This document shows, piece after piece, positions 27,399 to 36,120 of a DNA stretch of 64,000 bases (its first letter is position 1; each line of letters begins with the position of its first letter). This DNA is from Candidatus Latescibacterota bacterium (lineage in GTDB: Bacteria; Latescibacterota; UBA2968). The notes beneath the pieces are model-generated. The model had not been told where the DNA came from, searched no databases, and saw nothing but the letters and a program-made list of their open reading frames with translations. Location of the stretch: contig OZ241986.1 of assembly GCA_965204375.1 (NCBI GenBank), positions 1,664,001 to 1,728,000 of the forward strand, given 5' to 3'. Both the position numbers and the translations under genes were made by a program.

Positions 27399-28897
27399 TT
27401 GGTCTTGATCATACACAATCTCAGATGCTCCAGCAAAAACTGGCGCCGCAGCTTATCCAATCTTTGCACTTGCTCCAAATGCCAACTCTGGAATTAGCGG
27501 AGTTAATTCGACAAGAATTGGAGATCAATCCGCTTCTGGAGATTGATGAAGATGCTGCTCTGGATTTGGAACAAGAAGAACCTGAATCCGAACAGGACGA
27601 CGAGACCGAGAACGAAGACCAGGATGAGGAACCCGTTGAGGAATTGGAATTTGAAGAAGCGGATTTAAACACAATCGATACAGACATATTCGATGAGCAT
27701 GACTGGGACCACTACTTAAATGAATCCGGGTATGCCAGCCCGCGTGAAGAATTTGAATCCAATACCGAAGACTGGCACACCGACAGCACCACCCAGAAAA
27801 CGCTTCGAGATTCACTTTTAGAACAGGTGGCAGTTACGGATCTTTCACCGAGTGAACGCATCATCGCCGAATACTTAATTTGCAATATTGACGAAGACGG
27901 ATTTCTGGGATGTTCGACAGGAGAAGTGGCTGATGAGCTTGGGGTCAATTGTGATAACGTGGAACGCATTTTGGGCATTATCCAGACATTTGATCCAGTA
28001 GGTGTTGGTGCACGAAACCTTCAAGAGTGTTTGTTGATTCAGTTAAAAGAAAAAAATATCACAAACGGTTTGGTTGCAAAGGTGGTACGCGATCACCTCG
28101 ACGACTGGATTAACCGGCGGTTTGGACTGATCAGTCAGGCACTCGACACAAGTATTGATGATATGCGCGATGATATGCGCGTTGTCGAAGAAGTACTCGC
28201 ATCGCTCAATCCCAAACCCAATATTGAATCCGAACCCGCATTGAATCTCAATCACGTCATTCCCGATCTCGAAGTCCAAAAGGTCGGTGACGAGTACGTC
28301 GTTTCCCTGACTGATCGCACGCTGCCCGAATTGCGTGTCAGTCCAGTTTATCGCACTTTGCTCAGACAATCTGACAAATCTGGGCGAGGTGACCCAAAAT
28401 TGCGAGAGACCAAAAAATTTGTCGTTGAAAAACTCAATTCTGCGCGCTGGTTTATCAATGCGATTCACCAAAGACGCGCAACCATGTTAACGGTCATGCG
28501 ATGTATTGTCGAAAATCAGATTGATTTTTTTGACCGAGGTCCTGGTTTTCTCAAACCGATGGTACTTCAAGAAGTAGCTGATATGGTGCAGATGCACATT
28601 TCGACCATCAGCCGTGTGAGCAATGGCAAATACGTGCAAACATCGCATGGCGTTTATGAGTTGAAATATTTTTTTGATGGAGGATTGAGTCGATACGATG
28701 ACGACGATATATCTGCCAGAAGTGTAAAAGAAAAAATTGCAATGCTCATTCATGATGAAGACGTACAGAATCCGTTGAGCGATCAACATATATCAGATAT
28801 GCTAAGAGAAGAAGGCATTAATATCGCGCGGCGCACAGTAGCCAAATATCGAGATCAACTCAATATTAGCTCTGCGCGACTTCGGAAGGCGCTTTAG
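27395..28897 (+). CDS. rpoN: RNA polymerase sigma-54 factor
   Basis: Gln-rich region I, P.GVGARNLQECLLIQL, H.STISR, RpoN box ARRTVAKYR. Confidence 0.97.
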   Translation: MIGLDHTQSQMLQQKLAPQLIQSLHLLQMPTLELAELIRQELEINPLLEIDEDAALDLEQEEPESEQDDETENEDQDEEPVEELEFEEADLNTIDTDIFDEHDWDHYLNESGYASPREEFESNTEDWHTDSTTQKTLRDSLLEQVAVTDLSPSERIIAEYLICNIDEDGFLGCSTGEVADELGVNCDNVERILGIIQTFDPVGVGARNLQECLLIQLKEKNITNGLVAKVVRDHLDDWINRRFGLISQALDTSIDDMRDDMRVVEEVLASLNPKPNIESEPALNLNHVIPDLEVQKVGDEYVVSLTDRTLPELRVSPVYRTLLRQSDKSGRGDPKLRETKKFVVEKLNSARWFINAIHQRRATMLTVMRCIVENQIDFFDRGPGFLKPMVLQEVADMVQMHISTISRVSNGKYVQTSHGVYELKYFFDGGLSRYDDDDISARSVKEKIAMLIHDEDVQNPLSDQHISDMLREEGINIARRTVAKYRDQLNISSARLRKAL

Positions 28898-28899
28898 AA

Positions 28900-28964
28900 C
28901 GAATTAGCAAATCTACGATAGTAGTTAGGTGATAGGGCGGGGTTCGTCTATTCGTCTATTCGCT
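28900..28964. repeat. Third copy (reverse orientation) of the GAATAGAC-type intergenic element
   Basis: Reverse complement reads GCGAATAGACGAATAGACGAACCCCGCCC...CGTAGATTTGC; lies between convergent genes. Confidence 0.7.
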
Positions 28965-29741
28965 TCAGTCTGTCTGCTGAGTGCTGATTTCGTCTTCTGA
29001 GATTTTGTGTACACTTTTGGGATTGAAGGTCTGCTGGGTATTGATGCGGAGTGCAACTTCAATCCGCCCGCCAGTTAGCACAAAAAACTGAATCAGAAAC
29101 CCGCCACCTTGCATGGTTTCAACCTGGTAAGCGTCGGTGTCTAATCCGTCGAGCAATTGTGGAAGGGTGGTTTCAAATCGCGGGTGTTGTGTAATATTGG
29201 GAGGCAACGCCATAATCAGGGTTCCCGGTTCTGCATTGAGATGACCTCCAATGCGTTGTCGAGTGCTGACCATGTGAGCAATAACCCTGCATGCATAATC
29301 GAAATCATCGCCGCCGTTTCGATCTGGCGGCACTATCCCCCAGGTCAGGTGGTGGATAAAGGGATTGCCGTATCCCTGCCCAAGCATCTGATCAAGCGCG
29401 GGTTGGTCAACGGGATGAACCACTGCGACATAGTGAAACCAGCCACGTGCGAGGGCAGGATGCCCGAACGGCAAACCCGATGGTACGTTGATATAATCCT
29501 GTTCATCGACGGGTGAGGGATAACACTTGGTGTCCCAACCCGCAATATAACCCATCGTTTTTAGAGGTCCTGCGACGAGGTACGGTGGATCCGTAAAGAT
29601 CGCCGCGTGGTCCATGTTGGGATACAATTTGACGCCAGCAGCAGAAATTTTTTCGGCGACTTGCAAGGCTTCATCAAAGCGTTCAGACGCATTCTCAATT
29701 TGGAGAACTGTGTGAAAGTCTTCGGGTAATTTACAGTTCAT
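28965..29741 (-). CDS. Hypothetical VOC-fold / HPPD C-domain-like metalloenzyme
   Basis: MDHAA, FIHHLTW, GGFLIQFF, RIEVALR, TFNPKS parallel the HPPD motifs DH, GIQHIA, GYLLQIF, FFEIIQR, GFG; AGGAG RBS before ATG 29741. Confidence 0.6.
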   Translation of the reverse strand: MNCKLPEDFHTVLQIENASERFDEALQVAEKISAAGVKLYPNMDHAAIFTDPPYLVAGPLKTMGYIAGWDTKCYPSPVDEQDYINVPSGLPFGHPALARGWFHYVAVVHPVDQPALDQMLGQGYGNPFIHHLTWGIVPPDRNGGDDFDYACRVIAHMVSTRQRIGGHLNAEPGTLIMALPPNITQHPRFETTLPQLLDGLDTDAYQVETMQGGGFLIQFFVLTGGRIEVALRINTQQTFNPKSVHKISEDEISTQQTD

Positions 29742-29968
29742 AGTGTCATCCTCCTGTTGGTTAGACGATGTAATCAATAACACGTTTTTTCCATATACGT
29801 CAAGCATAAATGAATCCCGGTCACTTTGGTGGCCGTTTTTTTTTTGAAAAATTTGATTCACCCATTGCTGAAAAATTGAACGATTCATTCTCTAATGCTA
29901 TTTGGTTATACAGACCTCTATGGACATAACTTACTGATTTAACGTCTCTTGCGATATTTTTCTCAATT

Positions 29969-29985
29969 CTGGCACGCGATTTGCG
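29969..29985 (+). promoter_or_regulatory. Sigma54 -24/-12 promoter
   Basis: CTGGCACGCGATTTGCG is a near-perfect match to TGGCACG-N4-TTGC, about 37 nt before the LTD gene start. Confidence 0.75.
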
Positions 29986-30021
29986 TAAGTCATGATCCAA
30001 AAAACATTGCGGGAGGTCAAT

Positions 30022-33000
30022 ATGATGAGATACGGGATTATTGTTGTGATGTTGGGAGTGCTTTTGTTAGCACATGTAACTGTAGCACAAGGGTCGGACA
30101 AATTGAGTGGCCTACAAATTGAAGAAATTCTCGCGGATCCACCATCTGGCGAAAAGGGTGATGCCAACGGCGACGGAGTACGCGATACCTATACGGATGA
30201 ATTTATTGAATTGGTCAACAAGGGGAATGATTCGATTGATCTGTCGGGTTATCTGCTTTCTGATGATGATGTTGCACATGAAAATATGTTCCCATTTCCA
30301 ACAGGAACGGTGCTCGCACCAGGAGAACGCTTCGTGCTGTTTGGCGGAGGAAACCCTCAGGGTATTCCTGGACTGGTATATACAGATGACGGAAGAATTG
30401 GCAATGGCCTGACAAATACGAAGGATGTAATCTTAATCATTGATCCGGTAGCCGGAGATACACTGCTCTCGGTGGGGTATGACACGAAAGTTAAAGATCA
30501 GTCTCTCGTCCAAAAAAATGGGACTTGGATTGGGCATAGTACACAAAATGGCAGAGGATTGTTTTCGCCGGGCAAACCACGGTCGCTTTTTGATAAAATC
30601 GAGTCTCTTCCCGAATATGTGGACCTGATAGCAGGAGAATCCATTTCACTGATCCCTGCGATCTATAGCTACGAGACTGGGGAAACGAAGCGGATTGAAG
30701 ACGAAGTTTTATGGGTATCGTGGGATACCACTGTCGTGCGAATCGAACACGGCGACAGGGTGGTTGCTGTGCGTGCTGGTGAGACGAAGGTCGGATTTTT
30801 ATGGAATGGTCGCGAGAGTCTCCACACATATATCCGGGTGTTAGAAAAGGAAAAACCCCCATTGGTGATCTCGGAGGTGCATCCCAATCCCGCCTGGGGA
30901 GACGCGGGTGATACCAATGGCGATGGGGTGCGACACACCTATCAAGACGAATTTGTCGAAGTGGCGAATATGAGTAAACAGCCCATTGACATTGGCGGCT
31001 ATTTTCTCGGTGATGACGATGTCTCAGCAGATCGCCTATTTCGATTTCCCGACAACACAGTGCTTGATACGCAAGCAGTTGTCGTGCTCTTTGGTGGTGG
31101 GGATATGCCAGTTAGCGGTCGGGTTTTTGCCGATGACGGTCGCATTGGCGATGGCTTATCCAATTGGAGCGATACCGTGCAGCTATTGGCACCAGATAGT
31201 AGTACGGTGGTATTTTCAATGACGTATGAACGTTCAACCAGAGGCGTATCTTTTGTCAGAGACAATAATGGCAATTATGTCTTGCACAATGAGATATACA
31301 AAGAGGATTCAACTTCCGTCGGACGCTTAGAGCCAGGCGATGATCCGATTGAGCCTGAGGTATTGACCGATACATTGACTGTCCCGGATGGTATCGTATT
31401 TTCCGAAATTCTGATGCTGCCCGAACAGGTGGATGCCAATAATGATGGGATTGTCGATCGGCATGCAGATGCCTTTGTCGAATTGACCAATATCGGTGCA
31501 GATACCCTCAACTTGAGCGGATGGCTACTCGGCGATGACGATATCATGGTCTCTCAGTTTTTCTCTTTTCCCGATAATGTCGTGCTCGTGCCCGGTGGTT
31601 ATGTCACCATTTTTGGCGGAGGAACGCCCATGGGCATCTCCGGCACTGTCTTGTCCGCCGAGGGACAAATTGGAAATGGACTGAGTAGTAGTGGCGATGT
31701 CGTCCACCTGATCATGTCCGATGGCAAGACCGTGGCGCGGTCTGTGCGCGTACCAAAAGCCACACCCGACGTTTCATGGCTATTTTCGTCCGATGAGCCT
31801 CCAGAGTTACACCCTCAAATCCCTGGCAGGCACGCGATGTCGCCCGGTACATCACCGGATGGGCAAGAGGCGACTTCCATAGATACAACTGCACTCGACA
31901 TATTTCAACCACCTGAAGGCCTGGTGATCTCCGAAGTCTATCCCAATCCCGCCGCAGGCGATGCAGGCGATACCAATGGCGATGGGGGGCGACACACCTA
32001 TCAGGACGAGTTTGTCGAGGTGGCGAATTTAGGTGAATACCCCATCGACATTGGCGGCTATTTCCTCGGTGATGACGATGTACCTGTGGAAAAATTTTTC
32101 CGATTCCCCGATAGCACAGTGCTCGATACGCAAGCAGTTGTCGTGCTCTTTGGCGGTGGGGATATGCCCGTTAGCGAGCGAATATTTGCCGATGATGGTC
32201 GCATTGGCGATGGCCTGTCCAATGGAGGTGATACCGTGCAATTACTGGCACCCGATGGAAGTACGGTGGTCTCCGGAATGACGTATGAGAACGCGCGTCA
32301 GGGCATATCTTTTGCGAGAGATGATAATGGCAATTATCTATTACACAACCAGATATACGAGGGAGAATCTACCTCTGTCGGACGCTTGGGGCAGGGCGAT
32401 GATTCGATTGAACCCGAGGAATTGACTGTTTCAGATGGCCTGATATTTTCCGAAATCCTGATGTTGCCCGAAAAGGTGGATGCCAATAACGATGGGATTG
32501 TCGACCGGCATGCAGATGCTTTTGTCGAATTGACCAATATCGGTGCAGATACGCTCGACCTGAGCGGGTGGCTAATCGGAGATGACGATATCGTTGTCTC
32601 TCGATTCTTTTCCTTTCCCGATGATGTCGTACTCGCGCCCAGCGGTTATATCACCATTTTTGGTGGGGGAACGCCCGTGGATATCCCCGGTACTGTCTTG
32701 TCTGCTGAAGGTCAGATTGGCAATGGACTCAGTAGCGGGGGGGATGTCGTCCATCTGATCATGCCCGATAGCAAGACCGTAGCGCGGTCTGTGCGCGTAC
32801 CAAAAGCTACCCCAGACGTTTCCTGGATATTTTCGCCCGATGAGCCTCCAGAGTTACATCCCAAAATTCCTGGCAAGCACGCAATATCGCCCGGCACATC
32901 ACCTATTTCGGAGGTGAAATCAGACACTCTGACTGGTGTGGATGCCGTATCGGGAAAACCGATTGTTTTTGATGGTGAATACCAGACTATTAACAGTCCT

Positions 33001-33312
33001 ATCTCTGATAATTCCAAACTACGTGGGAAGGAAAAGGATTACAAAGAGGGTATTTACCCATCACCCAATCCCTTCAATTCTACAACTGTATTGGGTTTTT
33101 ACACTACAGGAGGCCCTGTTTATGTGACTATATATAATATTCTGGGACAACCTATCAGACGATTGGTTCAGCAGCATTTGCCAGCCGGATATTATCGGCG
33201 TATATGGGATGGTAAAAGTGACTCTGGTGTATCTGTGGGTTCTGGAATCTACATCGTCCTTCTAAAAGACAGCGAAGCGACATTTACCCAGCGCGTCGCG
33301 CTCTTGAAGTGA
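30022..33312 (+). CDS. Secreted protein with five lamin-tail-like domains, an Ig-like (Big_2) domain and a C-terminal FlgD-Ig/sorting-like domain
   Basis: Signal peptide; five I.EI...D.N.DG...DEF(I/V)EL.N.....DLSG..L.D repeats; W.S.DT.V Big_2 pattern; PNPFNSTT...IYNILGQ.IR.L...WDG C-terminus. Confidence 0.85.
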   Translation: MMRYGIIVVMLGVLLLAHVTVAQGSDKLSGLQIEEILADPPSGEKGDANGDGVRDTYTDEFIELVNKGNDSIDLSGYLLSDDDVAHENMFPFPTGTVLAPGERFVLFGGGNPQGIPGLVYTDDGRIGNGLTNTKDVILIIDPVAGDTLLSVGYDTKVKDQSLVQKNGTWIGHSTQNGRGLFSPGKPRSLFDKIESLPEYVDLIAGESISLIPAIYSYETGETKRIEDEVLWVSWDTTVVRIEHGDRVVAVRAGETKVGFLWNGRESLHTYIRVLEKEKPPLVISEVHPNPAWGDAGDTNGDGVRHTYQDEFVEVANMSKQPIDIGGYFLGDDDVSADRLFRFPDNTVLDTQAVVVLFGGGDMPVSGRVFADDGRIGDGLSNWSDTVQLLAPDSSTVVFSMTYERSTRGVSFVRDNNGNYVLHNEIYKEDSTSVGRLEPGDDPIEPEVLTDTLTVPDGIVFSEILMLPEQVDANNDGIVDRHADAFVELTNIGADTLNLSGWLLGDDDIMVSQFFSFPDNVVLVPGGYVTIFGGGTPMGISGTVLSAEGQIGNGLSSSGDVVHLIMSDGKTVARSVRVPKATPDVSWLFSSDEPPELHPQIPGRHAMSPGTSPDGQEATSIDTTALDIFQPPEGLVISEVYPNPAAGDAGDTNGDGGRHTYQDEFVEVANLGEYPIDIGGYFLGDDDVPVEKFFRFPDSTVLDTQAVVVLFGGGDMPVSERIFADDGRIGDGLSNGGDTVQLLAPDGSTVVSGMTYENARQGISFARDDNGNYLLHNQIYEGESTSVGRLGQGDDSIEPEELTVSDGLIFSEILMLPEKVDANNDGIVDRHADAFVELTNIGADTLDLSGWLIGDDDIVVSRFFSFPDDVVLAPSGYITIFGGGTPVDIPGTVLSAEGQIGNGLSSGGDVVHLIMPDSKTVARSVRVPKATPDVSWIFSPDEPPELHPKIPGKHAISPGTSPISEVKSDTLTGVDAVSGKPIVFDGEYQTINSPISDNSKLRGKEKDYKEGIYPSPNPFNSTTVLGFYTTGGPVYVTIYNILGQPIRRLVQQHLPAGYYRRIWDGKSDSGVSVGSGIYIVLLKDSEATFTQRVALLK
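30862..32903 (+). repeat. Intragenic tandem duplication (about 1 kb x2)
   Basis: About 30862-31856 aligns with about 31921-32903 at the DNA level, with long identical stretches. Confidence 0.85.
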
Positions 33313-33364
33313 GAAGCGGTATTATTTTTTTACCTTTTACCAAATAGAAGGGAGGTGAAACAGG

Positions 33365-33646
33365 ATGGCACAGCCCGAAATCACATTTCGTCATGGTCTG
33401 TGTAGTGCTTCGATTTTTGAAAATGAATACAAGCGCGGTGAAGAATCTTTCACTGTACGCACGGTTTCATTTCAGCGAAGTTATTTGGACAAAGAGGGGA
33501 ATTGGCAAACAACCAATAGCTTGAAAGTGAACGACATTCCCAAAGCCGTATTGGTGTTGAATAAAGCGTATGAGTTTTTGACATCAAACAGTCAGGTTGA
33601 AGCAGAAGCAGATGATGCGGCTACAATAGCAGATGAACAGGTTTGA
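33365..33646 (+). CDS. Small hypothetical protein, possible PC4/SSB-like nucleic-acid-binding protein
   Basis: GGGAGGTG RBS; beta-rich SASIFENE...VSFQRSY.D..G.WQTT.S, acidic tail; terminator follows. Confidence 0.7.
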   Translation: MAQPEITFRHGLCSASIFENEYKRGEESFTVRTVSFQRSYLDKEGNWQTTNSLKVNDIPKAVLVLNKAYEFLTSNSQVEAEADDAATIADEQV

Positions 33647-33713
33647 GGAATTGGCGCACAACGGCATATTATACCTCATACCCTTTCAGTTATCAGTTCG
33701 ATAATTCAAATGA

Positions 33714-33748
33714 AAAAAGGTCCAGCTAATAAATAGTTGGACCTTTTT
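33714..33748. terminator. Bidirectional intrinsic terminator
   Basis: AAAAAGGTCCAGCTA-loop-TAGTTGGACCTTTTT between convergent genes. Confidence 0.75.
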
Positions 33749-33796
33749 GTGTTATGAACCGCTATTATATTTTTTACTATGACTTGCTTCGAGCAT

Positions 33797-34093
33797 CTAC
33801 TCGTCCAAAGGCTCGTGCAATGCTTTCTTGATCAGAACACCAGCTTTGAAATAGCTCTTTCGCCGCGCAGGAACATAGACAATCTCGCCTGTGCGGGGGT
33901 TGCGTGCAGCGGGTTTGGGTTTGGTCGGCTTGATACCCAGCACGCCAAATCCTCTGATTTCGATTCGATCACCAGCGATCAGGTTTTCGCGCATCGTGTT
34001 AAAAAGTGTATTTACAATCTCATAAGCGAGTTGTTTTTTGATTCCCAGACGATCGGAAATTTTTAACGCGATGTCTTTTTTTGTCATCGTCAT
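33797..34093 (-). CDS. HU/IHF family DNA-binding protein (IHF-beta-like)
   Basis: MTKKDI, RIEIRGFG, ARNPRTGE.V.VPAR...FK.G. Confidence 0.93.
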   Translation of the reverse strand: MTMTKKDIALKISDRLGIKKQLAYEIVNTLFNTMRENLIAGDRIEIRGFGVLGIKPTKPKPAARNPRTGEIVYVPARRKSYFKAGVLIKKALHEPLDE

Positions 34094-34250
34094 ACGGTCC
34101 TCCCATTTCACATATATTCTCAAGCCATTGGCTAATATAGCCTTAAACATCTAAGATGCAAGACAAAAATGTTTCAAAATTGTCACAAAATTGAAAAATT
34201 GCATTTGTTCTATATGTCGCTTATTTTATTATTGTTAATGAGGATAATAC

Positions 34251-35078
34251 ATGAGAGCAAAATCAGAAACCAGTGTAATACACCGCGTCACGCGATATGA
34301 TGGCTCTATTGGCAAATCCGCAGATGATGTGCTGGTCGTAGAGGAGCCGCTTGAAATTCGCGTTGCCGGAGAATCCGTTGCCGTGACCATGCGAACGCCG
34401 GGGGATGACCGCGCCCTTGCGCTGGGATTTTTGTATGGCGAGGGCATTATTCGTGAAATTGGCGATGTCGGACGTGCGGAACACTGCGGTCGCCCGGGGA
34501 CTCCTGAGTATGGAAATGTTATTGATGTTCTCCCTCATCCGGGCGAGATACTCGATCCCGAAAGGATTCGAGCGGGACGACGAGGCACACTGACTTCATC
34601 GGCGTGTGGGGTATGTGGGCGCGAGCAGATAGAAGATATGATGCAGCGATGTCAGCCCATCAATGATCATCGCGCTGTTCGGGCAGCGATGATTTTTTCC
34701 ACGCAAGAGCAAATGCGTCAAGCCCAGTACGTGTTTGCACAAACAGGGGGCGTTCATGCTGCTGCCGCATTTTCTGAAACAGGGGATATGTATTGCTGTT
34801 TTGAAGATATTGGCCGGCACAATGCAGTAGATAAGGTTGTAGGACATTTGATCGAAACGCATAACATAGTAGAAGGGGAGGGAGTACAGATACTTGCGGT
34901 GAGCAGCAGGGCGAGTTTTGAAATCGTGCAAAAGGCCGTTGTTGCGCGCATACCTGTCGTGGTTGCCGTATCTGCAGCGAGTTCATTGGCGGCAGATCTT
35001 GCACAGGCGATGGGAATAACTCTCATTGGTTTTGCACGCGATAAAAGGATGGTCGTTTATACGGGATCTGTGCAATAG
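34251..35078 (+). CDS. fdhD: Formate dehydrogenase accessory sulfurtransferase FdhD
   Basis: EEPLEIR, TMRTPG.D..LA.GFL..EG, SACGVCG, F.QTGGVHAA, EDIGRHNAVDK. Confidence 0.95.
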   Translation: MRAKSETSVIHRVTRYDGSIGKSADDVLVVEEPLEIRVAGESVAVTMRTPGDDRALALGFLYGEGIIREIGDVGRAEHCGRPGTPEYGNVIDVLPHPGEILDPERIRAGRRGTLTSSACGVCGREQIEDMMQRCQPINDHRAVRAAMIFSTQEQMRQAQYVFAQTGGVHAAAAFSETGDMYCCFEDIGRHNAVDKVVGHLIETHNIVEGEGVQILAVSSRASFEIVQKAVVARIPVVVAVSAASSLAADLAQAMGITLIGFARDKRMVVYTGSVQ

Positions 35079-35152
35079 GGTGAGGGAAGAGGTCTCGCAT
35101 CCCCCTATAGGCGGTTGGGCTGGTTGATCCAACCGCTAAATTTTGCCGTATA

Positions 35153-35169
35153 TGGGAACACTATTTGCA
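35153..35169 (+). promoter_or_regulatory. Putative sigma54 promoter for the RND-ABC operon
   Basis: TGGGAACACTATTTGCA has GG(35155-6)-N10-GC(35167-8) with TTGCA at -12, about 46 nt before ATG 35215. Confidence 0.45.
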
Positions 35170-35214
35170 AATTTCAGGTCTAATCGTTGGCAAAGCACAA
35201 TGAGGGATGTATTG

Positions 35215-36108
35215 ATGGTCATTCGCATTTCAAATCTGACAAAAGTATATCGCCGTGGCGCGGTTCCCGCCTTAGACGATGTCACATTGACCATTCCGCA
35301 CGGAACATTTGGTCTGCTGGGCCCCAATGGTGCAGGCAAGACAACGCTGATTAAAATTTTATCGACTCAGATGGACGCATCGAGCGGCAGTGTGACCATG
35401 GATGAGTTCGACCTCGTAAAAGACCGCACTGAAATTCGCCGGCGCCTGGGATATTTACCCCAACATTTTGGGACGTATCCGCAACTGACTGCCTGGGAAT
35501 TTCTCGATTATATGGCTGTTTTAGGCGGCATGCATAATAGAAGTTCGCGTTTGAATCGCGTGGAACAAGCTCTAAACGAAGTCGGATTGTACGAAGCGCG
35601 CAATCGGCGCTCGGGCACGTTTTCAGGTGGCATGATGCGCCGCCTTGGCATTGCACAGACCATTTTGACCAATCCAGAATTTCTCATTGTCGATGAACCC
35701 ACCGTAGGACTTGACCCGGAAGAGCGCATACGGTTTCGGGGTATTTTGGGACGCTTGAGCAGCGATCGCGCAATTTTGATTTCCACGCATATTGTGGGCG
35801 ATATTTCGAGCACCTGCGAAGATCTCGCGGTCCTGGATACCGGACGGCTGATCTTTCGCGGTTCTCCCGGAGAACTCATTTCCAAAGCCGATGGCAAAAC
35901 GTGGGAAGTACAGGTCGATGACGCTGGCTTTGAAATGCTGTCGCGCGTGTTTCGCGTAGTCACAGTAAATGTTGAAGGCGATCTGATGCGTCTGCGTATG
36001 GTGGGCGATGGCGAGCCTCCCGCTGATGCCGAAGCAGTCGCGCCCAATCTCGAAGATGCCTATGTCTATTTTGTCGGAGGCGATACCACAGGCGAAATCG
36101 CCGCGTAA
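35215..36108 (+). CDS. ABC-2 type (DrrA-like) ATP-binding protein
   Basis: GLLGPNGAGKTT, GYLPQ, FSGGM, IVDEPTVGLDP, STH, P.LEDAY. Confidence 0.95.
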   Translation: MVIRISNLTKVYRRGAVPALDDVTLTIPHGTFGLLGPNGAGKTTLIKILSTQMDASSGSVTMDEFDLVKDRTEIRRRLGYLPQHFGTYPQLTAWEFLDYMAVLGGMHNRSSRLNRVEQALNEVGLYEARNRRSGTFSGGMMRRLGIAQTILTNPEFLIVDEPTVGLDPEERIRFRGILGRLSSDRAILISTHIVGDISSTCEDLAVLDTGRLIFRGSPGELISKADGKTWEVQVDDAGFEMLSRVFRVVTVNVEGDLMRLRMVGDGEPPADAEAVAPNLEDAYVYFVGGDTTGEIAA

Positions 36109-36120
36109 AGGATTAATGCC

